In this document: one piece after another, positions 41,001-55,335 of the stretch | Layout of the letters: each line of letters begins with the position of its first letter | How positions within the stretch are numbered: position 1 is the first letter of the stretch | Assembly (NCBI GenBank): GCA_951406725.2 | Contig: OX597815.1 | Span: 122,760,001-122,824,000, forward strand | Direction of reading: 5' to 3' | Source: Octopus vulgaris | Taxonomy: Eukaryota | DNA length: 64,000 bases | Position numbers and translations under genes: made by a program | The notes under the pieces: model-generated | Seen by the model: only the letters and a program-made list of their open reading frames with translations | Database searches by the model: none | Told to the model about the DNA's origin: nothing

Positions 41001-44000
41001 CATTGACCAATTTACTCACAAAGCATTCGTCAGTTCAGGGCTATATAACAGAAGATATTTGCCCATGGTACCACACAATGGGACTGAACCTAAAACCTTG
41101 TGATTGTGGAACAAACATATATCAATAGGTGTAGGCATGGGTATGTAATAAGAAGTTTAATTCTCAATCACATGGTTCAGGGTTCAGTACTATTGCGTGG
41201 TGACTTGGGCAAATATCTTTTATTAAAGCCTTGGGCCAACCAAAACCTTGTGAGAGAATTTGGTAGACAAAAACTGAAAGAAGCCTGTTACATACACACA
41301 CACAGTAATCTACTATAAATCAGCACAAACTTTCCAGACAACCCAATATATATATATATCAGACAGACTGACAGCACACAGTCGATGTGATGGATGTGGT
41401 GGGGACGACATAGGTCAAGTGAGCTTGACCTTGAGGGACAGACAACAGACTGAATGTACACAGGCAAGAAATCTGAGACTCCCACAAATAGGAAAATTCT
41501 TGTAAGTAAATACTTAGACCAATACCTTGAAAATACAAATCTGAAATATCAGATTTTAATTCTCTATCAATGCACCAGAAACACTTCAAACCAATTCTGA
41601 TTAAATAAGGAAAGTATGTTTATTAAAAAATATCAACCACAACTAAATATCCTATAACACACCAGAAAGCAAAAAACCCTAACTCCAAACTACTGTACAA
41701 TAAACACCTTACACCTTCTCAAACACCAGCTGCTGACATTACCTCAGACTAAACCAATGAGATTTTTCTCTGGTCAAAATTGGACTCTCAGGAAGAAAGA
41801 AAAATCATTGAGCCAACCAAGCCAGTAGCTTCTTAAGGGAACCAACAAACTGGAATGCTAGATGACCATCAGGCAAAAACAGGTTACCAAGCCCTCACCA
41901 AGAAGTCAACCAACCAAAATGTAGAACTTTGCCAAAACAAAAAAATCTTGACCAAAATAAAAATATTTTTGATTAATACAAATGACATCGCTAAATTTAC
42001 AACCAATCAGAATTTGTCCCTTTACCATGGTCAACAAGGAATGAAAATATTCAACAAACAAATGATGTCACCAGAAAGCCAACCAACCAGAACACTGGAC
42101 TTGCCAAAACTAAAATATTTTGACCAAAACACCCACAAGAAAAACAAAAGAAATCATCAAAATTACAACCAATCAAAATTTTATTCTTTACAGTAAAATC
42201 TATATATACTAAATGATTTTGACATATATTTTGAACTCTACCAAGTGAACAAGGTGAAGAAACTTGTGCACTATGACTGAAATTGAGGAAAGAACTCTTC
42301 ATGCACTATGACAGAGATTGTAAAAAACAGTTTTTTTCTTTCAATCCATCTTTTTCTCTTTCTCTTTTTTTTTTATATAAAAACTAAAAATGACTGAAAT
42401 TTTAATCATGTTTAAAGACATTTACTGTCTATCCCTGTGAAACTCATTGAAATTTCATGTGAAAATTTGAACATTTGATTGTTTAAAAAGATTTTTCCAT
42501 ATTTTAATTTGCAACTATAAACTCTCCTAAACCTTTTGTTTATTTTAATTTCACCATTGTAAGCAAAAAATTGTATTTGAATAAATCTGTTACAAAATTT
42601 AAAAATGACTACATGCTTTGGAATTCAAGTGCATTTTCAAACCACAAAACAAATTCTCCTATCTTTTTTCTTGCATGGGAATACACTTCTCTCCATCTAT
42701 ACACACAAGTCATTTCATCATGTTGACCCATTAATCCATACACATTTTTTTCTTTCTCCATTTTTTAACATTCTCTCTCCTTTTTTCCTCCCTCTCAATC
42801 CTTTCTGTCAAAAAGTGTCGGCTGAAACATCAAAGAGTTTTCCATTCTTCCCTAACATCAAACTAATATACTTGCTTGTTGTTCTTTCATCTGAGTTTGT
42901 CTTTTGTTTTCTGTAAATTTGAACTATATATATATATATTACACTGGCACATGAAAAGCAACATTTGAGCGTGGTCATTGCCAGTGCAGCCATACAGGCT
43001 CCTGTGCAGGTAGCATGTAAAAAAACACCTTTTGAGCATGGTTGTTGCCAGTACCACCTGACTGGCCCTCGTGCTGGTGGCACGTAAAAGCACCCACAAA
43101 CACTCTTGGAGTGACTGGTGTTAGGAAGGGCATCCAGCTGTAGAAACTTTGCCAGATCAGATTGGAGCCTGGTGCAGCCTTCTGGCTCGTCAGTCCTCAG
43201 TCAAACTGTCCAATCCGTACCAGCATGGAAAGCGGATGTTAAATGACAATGATGATGATGATGATTACATACCTTACTTATAGAAATTTGTAATTCTGAA
43301 ATTATTTCTTTCCTTCCAGTTGAGGGAGTTTCGTTTTCTTGGATTTGAAGCAACCTTTCCATTTTTCTCTCCAAAAAATGGATAACTCGTTTCACTTGTT
43401 TCTGCGTTTCTAAATTGTCTAAAGTAAATACTGTATCTTCTTCACTACTGAAAGACTGTTCACCATTTTTCTGCAACTGATTCAACAGAATTTTTCCTGA
43501 AGAAAATGAAAAAGTAAATATGAGGGAAAGAAATTTAATTTTGCTTTAATCCTAAGTTTCCAAACATATTCTCAGACTTGTGTCAATATCTTATAAACAA
43601 CCTACACCATCTAATTTATAATAAAACATTAAATGAAGCAAACAGTGATTTATAGAAAGAACATTTATTAAGAAAACATGTAATAATTTATTATTTTGAA
43701 AATGGTCAATACCGCTTGTTTTTTAAGATAAATTGTTAGGTTGCAAGCATGGCTGTGTGGTTAAGAAGTTTGCTTTGCAACCATGTGATTTCAGTTTCAG
43801 TCTCACTGCATGGCACCTTGGGCAAGTGTCATCTACTCTAGCTCCAGGCTGATCAAACTCTAGAAGCCTGTTGTATATTCAATATATATACATGTATATG
43901 GCATGTGAAAGCATCCACAACACTCTCAGAGTGGTTCGCATTAGGAAGGGTATCCAGCTGTAGAAACTCTGCCAGATCAGATTGGAGCCTGGTGCAGCCA

Positions 44001-44808
44001 TCTGGTTCGCCAATCCTCATTCAAATCATCCACCCCATGCTATCATGGAAAGCAGACATTAAACGATGATGATGATGATGATATATATGGCCAGTGCCAG
44101 ATAAAAGGCACTTGTGTAAATAACACATAAAACACATCCATAGAAACAATGAGGCATCCTAGAAACAATGAGGCATCCTAGAAACAATGAAGCATGCAAC
44201 ACTATTGTGCAAAATTTCCCTTTAAAAACTAGAGGCCTGAAAATGAACAGCATCCTGAAAGCACATAAATTCATCAAATGCAAAAAGCAACACAAATTGC
44301 TAAAGAGACTTCTAACAAATGTGAGGCTTTACATAACAACCATGAAACCAACGATTAAAAAATGTGGATGCCCAAACTGTGGAACATGCCCCAACCTGCT
44401 TGAAGGCTTGGATTTCTTTTTCAAACAAGGAGAGAGGTTCACAATTAAAACCAACTTCACTTGTACCTCTGAAAACCTACATAAAGTGAGTACTAAATAA
44501 CCAAGAATAAACATGCAAGGTAAAATATTAAGATGCATCAGCTGTTGCAGGAGGAAGATTCAACTATAATGATTTAGAAATATGGAGGGAATAGATGGAA
44601 TAGGCTTAGCAATAATAATAGAATTAGGCTCAAGCCTGGCTGTGGGTGCAGGTGTGGCTGTGTGGTTGAGAAGTTTTCTTCCTGACCACATGGTTTCAAG
44701 TTCAGTCTCACTGCATAGTACCTTGGGCAAGTGTTTCTACTACAGGCTTGGGCTGACTAAGACCTTGTGAGTGGATTTGATAGATAGAAACTGAAAGAAC
44801 CCAGTAGT

Positions 44809-44844
<36 letters not shown>

Positions 44845-47800
44845 GTGTGTAAAAAGCACCATTCAAGAATGGCTGATGCCAGTGCTGCCTGACTGGCTCG
44901 CATGCCAGTGGCATGTAAAAGCACTCACTACACTCTCAGAGTGGTTCACGTTAGGGAGGACATCCAGCTGTAGAAACCTTGCTAAATCAGATTGGAGCCT
45001 TGTGCAGCCTCCCGGCTTGCCAGTTCTCAGTTACACCGTCCAACCCATGCCAGCATGGAAAGTGAATGTTATCCGATGATGATAATGATGATGATGATAT
45101 ATATATGGGATCTGTGTATGTTTGTGTTTCCTTGTCTTGTGTGATAGTTGCAAATGAGTGTCATACAAGCAATGTCATTCATTTCCAATATTCTGTATGA
45201 ACATTGTCTGGCCATGGGGAAAGATTACCTTGCTTGGAAGCAGGTAAGGGTTGGCAAAGGGAAGGGCCCCATACAAGCATGAAAAAAGAAGGACATTAAA
45301 ACAATGATGGTTCAAACCAATGAGTATCAGCAGTTCAAGCTGCTTATAAGTTGTTGAATCAATAAATCTAGTTATTCCATAGACCAATATCTTTATCCTG
45401 GAAATTTCAAACAAATGTATTTTTGTAATTTTTGGTTTTTATATGGTAATGTATCTTCAATTCATTTAACTTACCATAATTAATAACATTTTTAGGCACA
45501 GATATCACAGTACTATTCCATTTATGGCGTCTCTTCAAATCAGCAACTGGACTTATTGAATTATCTTTAGCATAAACCCGGTGGATCTGAGCTTCAGCAT
45601 GATCTAAGTGATTTGAAGCTGATTTAGAGTCTTTCATGAACTTTTCAAAATCCTATTGAATAAAAAAAAGATACATTAAAATGTAGTATTTTTATCAGAG
45701 TTTACTTCATATTTTAAAACAGTGGTTAATTATAAATTGTAGATGGGGAAGTCTTCTAAAATGAACAGAGTCAATATTTAACATAGGAAAAATATCTATA
45801 TTAATAACAATACCTTTATGATATATTATAAAATTTTTAGAAAGTTGACATATTATAGTATCAAAACTTTAACTGCTATTACACACTTGAAGGGTTATGT
45901 TTAAATCTTAATGAAAAAAATTTTGAAAATATTTACTGTATTATACAGCCAAAGAAAATAAACATTTATAAAAGTAAATTTCAAAAATGCAATGCAAAAT
46001 GCTCAGCAATGGTCTTTATACTTACCATACGATTCTGAAGCCAATGGCTGTGTTTAAAAGGTAACTGTCCACCAAGATTTTCAGTCAGTTGGTAGGGACT
46101 TATAAAATTTGTCAACTGCTTTAATGTGACAAACTGAATCTGTAAATGGATTTCATAAGGAAAAGGAAAAAATATCAAAGGTACGCAAACATAAAAATCA
46201 ATATTCATCAACAAAATATTCCCACCCATCTATCTTTTCCACATCTATTCCTGGAAGGGTCATTGTGGGAGAGACCAGACATCTCCTCCATGAGGGTCTT
46301 ATCAGAAGCAACTGTCATTACACTTCCTGGCTGGATCCCCAAACATGACCAACTGAGAGTATGGATATTATTCGACCATCTCATTCTTGGTCTACCCTTA
46401 GACCTCCTGCTATTTGACTTGGCTTGAAGAATTTGTCTTGTGATTCTTTCCAGTAACATTCTGATCAAATGTCCTTAGTACCATTAATGTAGAGAAGTAG
46501 CAGCTTGACTTAGAGAGACCCCTGATCTCAGAGCTATAAACCCTGTTAAGTTAAGTTTCTCCAGACATCCTCTAGAGGAACCCCATTTCAGCTGCTTGTA
46601 TTCACAATCATACATTTTTGGTCATTATCCAATATTCATGACCATAGGTGAGAATAGGTATAAAAACCGAATTGCAGATAGCAAGTTTGGCTGTTTTGTT
46701 TTCACCGACGTCTCCTCTTCTGAGGATTGACAGCAAAAGTTTGTGCATTATTGCAGCAGCAGCAGTTACAACATCCAATTGTTGTTTATTTTTCATCAAG
46801 TTAGCTTTTTCCGATGCTCCTATATTAATTACGCACTCACAAGGCTTTGTTTGGCCCTAGTCTACGATAGAAGACACTTGCCCAAGGTGCCACCAGTGGG
46901 ACTGAACCAGGAACCATGTGGTGTGGAAGCAAAAGTCTTATCACAGAGCCATACCTGCAACCATGTGTATATTTAAATGTAAAGTAATAGAAATGGAGAG
47001 ATATGTAGGGATATTTTTATTAGTAAAATATACTAGTAAGTCATAGATAAATGTAAAATAATTAAAAATGCCCCATTACAAAGATAAGCTGGTGATCCCT
47101 ACATAAGAATTTAAAGTTAAAGTACCGCGTCAGAATATTTTATATTCAAATGTCTAGGAGTATCTTCAGGAGATGTTTTCAATATTAAAATTCTTTTTAA
47201 TCGTGCAAGTAGTGATTTCTGAAAGAAATGTAGAAAATATATGTAATTAAATTGTAATTGTAAAAAACAATTAATGCTGAAAAATAAAACAAATAAGTTA
47301 AAATAAATAAAAATACCATTATAAAACTGAGAAACATTTCAAGTTCAAATAATCACGTCTAAACAACTGGTTGATATTGAAATGAAATATGCTTTGCAGC
47401 GAGCTATACATTTTTATTTAACTCATATTTTAGAATGAGCCAATGAGGCAACCCCAATGTGATTCGCTCAATATACTAGAAATAACAGCCAAACCGTAAA
47501 ATCACATCACATTATTTCAGTTATACTATGTCTCAATAAAAGATAATATAATCTTGACTGTAATGCATTTAATCACATGAGGGGTGTTCATTAAAGATTT
47601 CCCCTGACTCACTTCCCAAGAACTGGGATAAACAAAACTTGGCATAATTATTAGTCTTTCTCTACATAGCCACCACCAATGGTGACACACTTCAACCACC
47701 ATTTTATGCAGCTGTGAAGACCTTGTTTGTAGAAGTCAGTAGGTTGTGTCTGAGCCAAGACTTTACTTCAGAAATAAGTTCATCATCATCCGAAAAGTGT

Positions 47801-50800
47801 TTCCCCTTCAAGAAAGACTTCATGGTTGGAAAGATGGTGCAAGGCCAGGAGAGTAAAGGGGATGAAGAAGGATTTCATAGCTGCAGGAGTATGCTTTCAT
47901 CTAGGCAACATGCATATTGTGAACTGGGGCGTTGTCTTGGAGGAGGCAGACTCCTTTGGTCAGCATGCCACGTCTCTCTGCTTTGATGGCATCTAGCAAT
48001 TTCTCCAGCAGAGAAACATAATTAATAAACACCATTAATTGTGGTACTCTTTGCCAGAATATCCACCATCACTACTCTGTACAGGTCCCAAAAGGCTTTC
48101 ATCCGGTATGATAAGTATGCCACAAAAGTCCTCCCCTTTTTTCTTGGCACATTGCCAAAAGAACCTGGGAGCAATTGACTTGTTCCTGCTTCTGAAAAGG
48201 TGTGAGCGTCCAAGGAATCCATCATGCAAACAACTTCTGCATGTGCAAATGGTCGTGAATGATTTTTTTTCCACGGACCCTACATTCATTTTCACTTCTT
48301 GGGCTAGTTGTCGAATAGTTATGCAGCAATCCTCCAAAATGATGGCTTCCACTTTATGGATGGTGTTGTCATCCATCAATGGTGGAATGTGGCCATCCAG
48401 GAATGGGAGCAGTTTCCACTGATGTCCAACTACATTTGAACTGGCAATGCCAGTGCTTCACAATGTCATATGATGGTGCATTTTAATCATAAACTTCTTT
48501 CATTTCATCAAAAGTTTCTTTTGGTATACGACCTTTCAAGTATAAGAACCTGATCACTGATCTGCATTCAATTACCTCCATTATAGCCCCTTAGTCCACT
48601 TCAGTAGCAGAAGTAAAAAAGAAACGAATACTAGTGGAAAGCTGAAATTTACAATGTGACATGTAAAGACATGTATGATTATGCATGTACAAGTTCCGTT
48701 TCCTTCAATGATCAGAAGTGGGCCAGGGGAAATCTTTAATGAACACCCCTCATAGATCTATTTGATTAGAGATAAGCTGGAACTCAGCAACAATAAGTAT
48801 TAAATTCTTTCCTTTTGACTAAGTACAACACTTGTTTTATGAGCTCCATTATATTACTGGCATTTGCTTTACTGACTTTTCAGAAAAGAAAATGAAAAGT
48901 TAATCATACCAACAAGACATTGAACTCAAAATACTGAAGTTCTAAAACAATTATAGCAAAATATATAAACTGACATTAATTACAGAGTGTATCTTGATTT
49001 TAGATTAGGGACACCATATCCTTGCATGTCTTATAAAATGATTAAAAGGGTTTGTGACAGGAAGAATTTCTGACTGTAAAACACTGTCCAGCACATTACA
49101 CATAAATTAATGTTGATGATGAAGTGATGATGGTGGTAGTCTAATCAGAAATTTTCACATTTCAGATATTTCCACCAAAATTTCATCCACTAGAAAAATA
49201 TCAAAATTTTTAATCGAAATAGTTTTTTGTTGTTTAGCCCTAATTCAATTACTTCTGTGACCAACTAGTCCTTTCTCTTCTTTTTCAGGCATGATGTATC
49301 TAGTACTAAATTATCCAGTTTGTCCTTCCTTTTCTAAAATGGTAAGGTGTCATTTGAAAGAGATTTGACTGTTATTTCTAGCAGGCTAAATGAAATAGTA
49401 TTTTAGCATTTAATCAGGTGGGACAAGCAGTGCCCATGATATTTTACAGCGCCTCTAAGACTAGAGAGGTGTTATCTTCAAGCCCAAAGGCCTAACTTGA
49501 ATGCTTGCTACAGAGTGGACTCCACTAAAGTTCTCAAAGACAAGGTGGTGATTTTTAAAGCCCAGAGATAGCATTAATCTTCTTACCCTACAGATAGTAG
49601 ACCAAGTCTACCACCTAAGTAAGTGTTATCAGGATTTGAAAGCAGAATTAAAAGAGCTAGAACAAATACTACAAGGTATTATTATGTCTGACACATTAAT
49701 GATTCCACCAACCAAGCACTCTAAATTGGTTGTCTTTTATATGGACCAAGGAAGGATAAAACTCAGAATGCAAAAAGTTGGATGAAATACAACATTTTAT
49801 CTGAAACCCTAACAACTTTGTCAATTTTCCTTTGTTTTACAATAAAGGTGTGAAGTGCCTTACCTTTAAAACCTCCAGAAGATAATACAAATCTGACCAC
49901 GTTTCTGATCTGTTGTCAATAATCACTGTAAATCCTAGCCACTGAGATTCTTCACTGAAAATAACATTTCACATAGAATTTTAGGAATGATTTAATGGTT
50001 TCAAATTTTGGCACAAGGTTAGCAATTTGAGGGGAGGGAGAAGTTGATTACATTGACCCCAGTTCTCAATCTCAAAAGGATGAAAGGTGAAACTGACCAT
50101 GACAGAATCTTAACAGTGAACATAAAGAGCTAGAAAAAATACCCCTAAACATTTTGTCTGGCACATTAATAAGTCTGCCAGCTTGCTTTCATTTTAGAAA
50201 AATTTTGATAATTAACTGACAGTTATACATGATAAAAAAATCACAAGTTTTGGTTTTGTAAAAATTATCACATATAGTTAATTAGCCCCAGCAGATTAGT
50301 CAATCTCAGGTAATAAACAAAGTCAGCTCCAAGATAATTTTAAAAGAGATGCAAGAGGCATTAAGTATAATGAATAAATCAATGTTTATAACTGTTTTTC
50401 AGTTACAGTAGCCACAAGCCATATCATAAACAATACCACCTCTAGTTTATTTTCTTATGAAATTATAATAAATTAATTTTCAAATTCTCAATATTTCAAA
50501 CATATTGTGTGTTAGTGTTGCTAACCAGATTATCATGCTCTGTTGGTGAAATCCAGCTTTAAGTTCAAGGTGGCTATCTATAGCCCAAGGCTTACAAAAG
50601 CCTTGTAAGACAGAACCTGAAAGAAGCCCGTTATATATGTTTATGTGTGTGTATTTGTTTCTTTGTCTTAACATTGCAACATCATCATCATCATCGTTTA
50701 ACGTCTGCTTTCCATGCTGGTATGGGTTGGACGATTTGACTGAGGACTGGTGAACCAGATGGCTGCACCAGACTCGCAAAGTAGTTAGAAAAATGTGCAT

Positions 50801-53800
50801 TACCATCATGCAAGCAGTGTTTTTCACTTCCAGTGAAAACATGTTCCAAGCAAGATAATATCTCCCCATCGCAGGAGAGACTGGAAATTAATTAAACTCC
50901 ATGTAAGATGATGACACTTACAGATATCATGTGAAGTTAAGTTAAGGAGATATTAATGCATGCATAAATACCAAACAAAAGTGGGCACCATTAATCGAAA
51001 AGATAACTTCATTAACCCTTTTGTTACTGTATTTATTTTGAGATGTTTTGTGTTTCTTTCAATTACTTTAAATATAATAAAGAATTTAGTAAAATGACGT
51101 AGTTATCATTAAGCTAGTGTTAGGAACATAAATTGTGACTAAGGTTTGGTGGAAGATTTTGATTCAAAACTTATGAAAACAAGACATTTGTACTCAGAGC
51201 CAGAGCCGGTTTCAGCCGGGTTGGTAACGAAAGGGTTAACCATTAATCCGTTAACCAGAAAGTTAACTTTAATAACCATTAATCAGTTAATTGTTTCCAT
51301 TAATTATTTCCTAATGTAACATAAGTTATTGATAAACCGTTAATGTTAATTTTTATTATAGGAAAAAGCAAAAAAATCAGTTTTTGCTCTAAAACCACCC
51401 AAAAACACTTTTATAAAGTATCAAAACTATAAAATCCATTAGTTTCAATTGAAGTTAACTGAAGTTAACTTGAGTTAATGGAAGTTGAATATATTGGAGG
51501 TTAATTAGTCCAGTAATGATTTCCAAAGTTAACTTAAAAGTTAAACTGTTAATGAAAATGTTGACTTCATTAATTAGCGATTAATGGATTAATAGTTTGG
51601 TGCCCAGGTTTGATGCATGTATGCATGCATGCATGCGTCCGTCCATACGCACACACACACACACACACAAACATACATACATACAAATGTACAACAGGCT
51701 TCTTTCCGTTTCAGTCTATGAAATCCACACACAAAGCTTTTCTTGGCCCAAGGTTATAGTACAAGACATTTGCGCAAAGTGCCATACGGTAGAACTGAAC
51801 TCTAAACCACATGGCTGGGAAGTGAACTTCTTAACCATACACATGTACACACACACACAAACACACATATATACAATGGGCTTCTGCACAGTGTTTGTCT
51901 ACCAACTTCCACTTAAAACCGATTGGTCAACACTATATCATGGTAGAAGGCATTTGCCCAAGATGCCATGCAGTGGGATCTAACCCAGAATTATTATGAA
52001 ACAAGCTTCTTTACCACACAACCAAGGAATACCATGTTTGCAGAAATTAGTATTTACTGCACAATTCAACCCAATTAATGCAAAATAGAACTAATGCACA
52101 AATGTGAAAATAACTAAGATTTTTCATTAATATTTATTCTCTTTGATTCATCATCATCAACATTTAATGTCTGCTTTCCATGCAGGCATGGGTTGGATGG
52201 TTTCACTGAGGACTGGCAAGTTAGGAAGCTGCATCAGTCTCCAATCTGATCTGGCAAGGTTTCTACAGCTGGATGCTCTTCCGAATGCCAACCACTCTGA
52301 GAGTGTAGTGGGTGCTTTTTACATGCCACCAGCATAGGGGCCAATCAGGCAGTACTGGCATTGACCACATTCAAATGTTGCTTTTTATGTGCCACTGGCA
52401 CGGGTGCCAGTCAGGTGGTACTGGTATCACAGAAGCCAGTCAGGCGGAACTGGCAACGACCAGTCAGGCAGCACTGGCTAATTATACAAAACATCTTAAG
52501 TTTTCTCAAAATTTTCCCTTCAGTGTTAAGCACATCTTTGACAAATATGATGAATAATAGTTCTTATTGTAAGTGTTCAAAGGCAACTTGATATGTACAA
52601 ATGTTAAAATAACCAATACATTCAGCAATGCTTATTCATTATGATCAGTTTCAGGAAATATTTTAAGTTTTCTCAAAATCCTCCCTTCATATATTCTCTT
52701 TTACTCTTTTTCTTGTTTCAGTCATTTGACTGGAGCACCGCATTTAGTCAAGCAAATTGACCCCAGAACTTATTCTTTGTAAGCCTAGTACTTATTCTAT
52801 CAGTATCTTTTGCCGAACCACTAAGTTACAGGGACATAAACACACCAGCATCGGTTGTCATGCAATGTTGGGGGGACAAAGACGGACACACAAACATATA
52901 CATACACATACATATATGGGCATCCAGCTGTAGAAACTCTGCCAGATCAAGATTGAAGCCTGGTGCAGCCTCAGTCAAATAGACCAACCCATGCTAGCAT
53001 GGAAAGCAGACGTTAAACGACGATGATATACATATATATGACGGGCTTCTTTTAGTTTCCGTCTACCAAATCCACTCACAAGGCTTTGGTTGGCCTGAGG
53101 TTATAGTAGAAGACACTTGCCCAAGGTGCCATGCAGTGGGACTGAACCTGGAACCATGTGGTTCGTAAGCAAGCTACTTACCACACAGCCACTCCTACGC
53201 CTATCTAAACAAATTTTAAAGAAGAATTGATAATTAATATTTCTTAGTATGTGTTTATGAGAAACTTAATGTAACAGTCTGAAAGATACAGAATGAACAA
53301 AAAAAAAACAATAAAATGTAAACAAAACCATTACCTTGGAATTTGTGACAAATACTCAATACAATCATGTATGTCCTTTTGGCTGAAATTCACAGGCTCC
53401 CTGTGCATTGGGAAAGTCAAAATTGGACCCCCTTCTTTGTCTCTTCCGCCTGGTCACATAAAATAATGTCGAAGGTCAAAGTTAAATGCAGTGTGTATGT
53501 GTGTATTCAAATTAAAAAATATAGCTTTAATAGGAGAGACAGAAGTTAAAACACAAGGTTTCTTTTGTGTGTGTGTGTGTGTATTTGTGTGCATGTATAT
53601 AGCTAGGTTGATAAAGAGGCAGATATTCTACTAATTATATACGTTTTTATTATTTTTTTTTGCAATTTACTTAATCATTGATATTTTATTGTTATTTTAA
53701 TTTTAATATTTCTATTATATGTAATTTTCTAGATGGTATAATTTAATTATTCATTTTGAATTGATAAAAGGTGTTTTTTTTCTAATTTTTTATATATATA

Positions 53801-55297
53801 TATTATATTGTGTGAAATTTGATTTAGTATTTTTAAACTGAATTTTTTTCCCTGTAAGTTTGGATTTATATTCCCTCAAATAATAATTATTATTATTATA
53901 TATATATATATATATATCATCATCATCATCGTTTAACACCCGCTTTCCATGCTAGCATGGGTTGGACGATATGACTGAGGACTGGCGAACCAGATGGCTG
54001 CACCAGGCTCCAGTCTTGATCTGGCAGAGTTTCTACAGCTGGATGCCCTTCCTAACACCAACAACTCCAAGAGTGTAGTGGGTGCTTTTACGTGTAACCG
54101 GCATGAGGGCTAGTCAGGCGGTATTGGCAACGGCCACGCTCAAATGGTGTTTTTTACGTGCCACCTGCACAGCAGCCAGTCCAGCGGCACTGGCAATGAC
54201 CTCGTTCGAATGATTTTTTTCACATACCACCGGCACAAGTGTCAGTAAGACGACGCTGGTAACGATCACGCTCGAATGGTGCTTTTTATGTGCCACCGTC
54301 ACAGAAGCTAATTAGCTGCTCTGGCATTGATAACTCTTGGATGGTGTTCTTAGCACTCCACTAGCACAGATGCCAGTCAACGAATTTGTTGTCACTTATG
54401 ACAACAAAGTTTGCAGTTAATTGACAGAACAGCTTGCTTGTACAAGTGGCTGAGCACTCCACAACACAAACAATGAAGTTCTCAGGGAGATTCAGCATGA
54501 CACAGAATGTGACAAGGCTGGCCCTTCGAATTACAGGTACTACTCCTTTTTGCCAGCTGAGTGGACTGGAGCAACATGAAATAAAGCATTTTTCTCAAGG
54601 ATACAACATGCTGCTGGGAACCAAACTCATAACCTCACTATCATAAGCTGAATACCCTAATCCATTAACTGCAACAGAAACTAACAAATGAATTATATGG
54701 CATTGCTTTAATCATTTCATTAAGAAATTTTATTGCATTGCAACTCAGTAAAAAGCACTCAGTACACCCAGTAAAGTGGTTGGCATAGGAAGGACATCCA
54801 GCAGTAGAAACATGCCAAGGGCAGACAATCGAGTTTGCTGCAGTCTTCTGACTTACCAGCTCCTGTCAAAAACCATCCAACCCATGCTAGCATGGAAAAC
54901 TGGTATTAAATAGTACATTTATATATAAATATAAAATATGAGAGGAAGAGAAAGAAAATGGAATTCATGAAATTCTTTAATAATCACTATGATCATGTTG
55001 ACCTATCATGCTTTAGTCCTTTACAGATAAGATTCTGTAGAAGTAGCTGTGGTGTATCATTCAGTGCAGACGTACCTCATCAGGTGACTTGTCTGCCTTG
55101 TTTTTTAACTTCTGTTTTGCTTATTTCAATTAGAATACTTTTGGTATTTGCCTGTAGCTAATTGCATACAGGAGAAAAGATGAGTTAGAATGAAGAAGAG
55201 TTCTCTTATAGGTAATAAATCTACTTAAGGGCTACAACATTCAGCCCTTAAATAACTTATGTAACTCTATAGCCACTTAACGTGTATGTGTGTGTGT

Positions 55298-55335
<38 letters not shown>

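Noticed and set aside
48039-48422. 127-aa plus-strand ORF
   Set aside because: It is antisense to the decayed mariner transposase.
54080-54350. Repeated gtgctttttacgtgccac units with variable spacers, superficially CRISPR-like
   Set aside because: The context is eukaryotic, the units are degenerate, the spacers are related to each other, there are no cas genes, and the block is part of a retroelement 3' UTR.
55045-55090. Minus-strand CTGATGA...GAAT motif
   Set aside because: The core is mutated and I found no stem I or stem III pairing.
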